From a virus, in IMG/VR virus record IMGVR_UViG_3300046170_000289: a stretch of 64,000 nt of DNA. The stretch is one strand, 5' to 3'. Below, piece after piece: positions 63,999 to 64,000 of this stretch (position 1 is its first letter; every line of letters starts with the position of its first letter). A model generated the notes under the pieces. That model made no database searches. It was not told where the DNA came from and worked only from the letters and a program-made list of their open reading frames with translations. The position numbers and the translations under genes were made by a program.

Positions 63999-64000
63999 CT

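Noticed and set aside
1-64000. tRNA genes, introns, inteins, homing endonucleases, transposases
   Set aside because: Intergenic gaps are short or filled by micro-ORFs. No cloverleaf, HNH/GIY-YIG/LAGLIDADG or intein motifs were recognised by eye.

Overview
This window is a 64-kb segment of a T4-like marine cyanomyovirus (Kyanoviridae-type; petE, talC and gnd point to a Synechococcus-type host). Essentially all coding is on the minus strand. In transcription order (high to low coordinates) it contains the following. (1) A divergent sigma70-like promoter pair and a few tiny early ORFs, two of them very acidic. (2) A short element with a GCGAAGC hairpin, then NlpC/P60 and AbrB-like genes. (3) The baseplate/tail module: a ~1,300-aa Cys-rich protein, a PAAR-like tip, a PRTase-like protein, gp25, gp6, a giant gp7-position protein that reconstructs to ~7,070 aa, a YHYH protein, a gp9-like protein ending in a cupredoxin-type domain, a ~627-aa protein, gp8, a DUF4815/VrlC-like protein and a 2,318-aa fibre. 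(4) Neck and packaging genes gp13-gp14-gp15-gp16. (5) The complete 8.3-kb gp16-gp17 hypervariable island: putative capsid-internal proteins with T4-like capsid-targeting leaders, petE-talC-gnd, several membrane micro-ORFs, an SNase-like nuclease and a 2OG-Fe(II) oxygenase. The first 9 codons of gp17 lie at 1-27. Three structural genes are broken by four single-base frame changes at short homopolymers, most likely sequencing or assembly errors. No tRNA, CRISPR, intron, intein or mobile element was seen. Family names come from motif recognition and memory, not from database searches.
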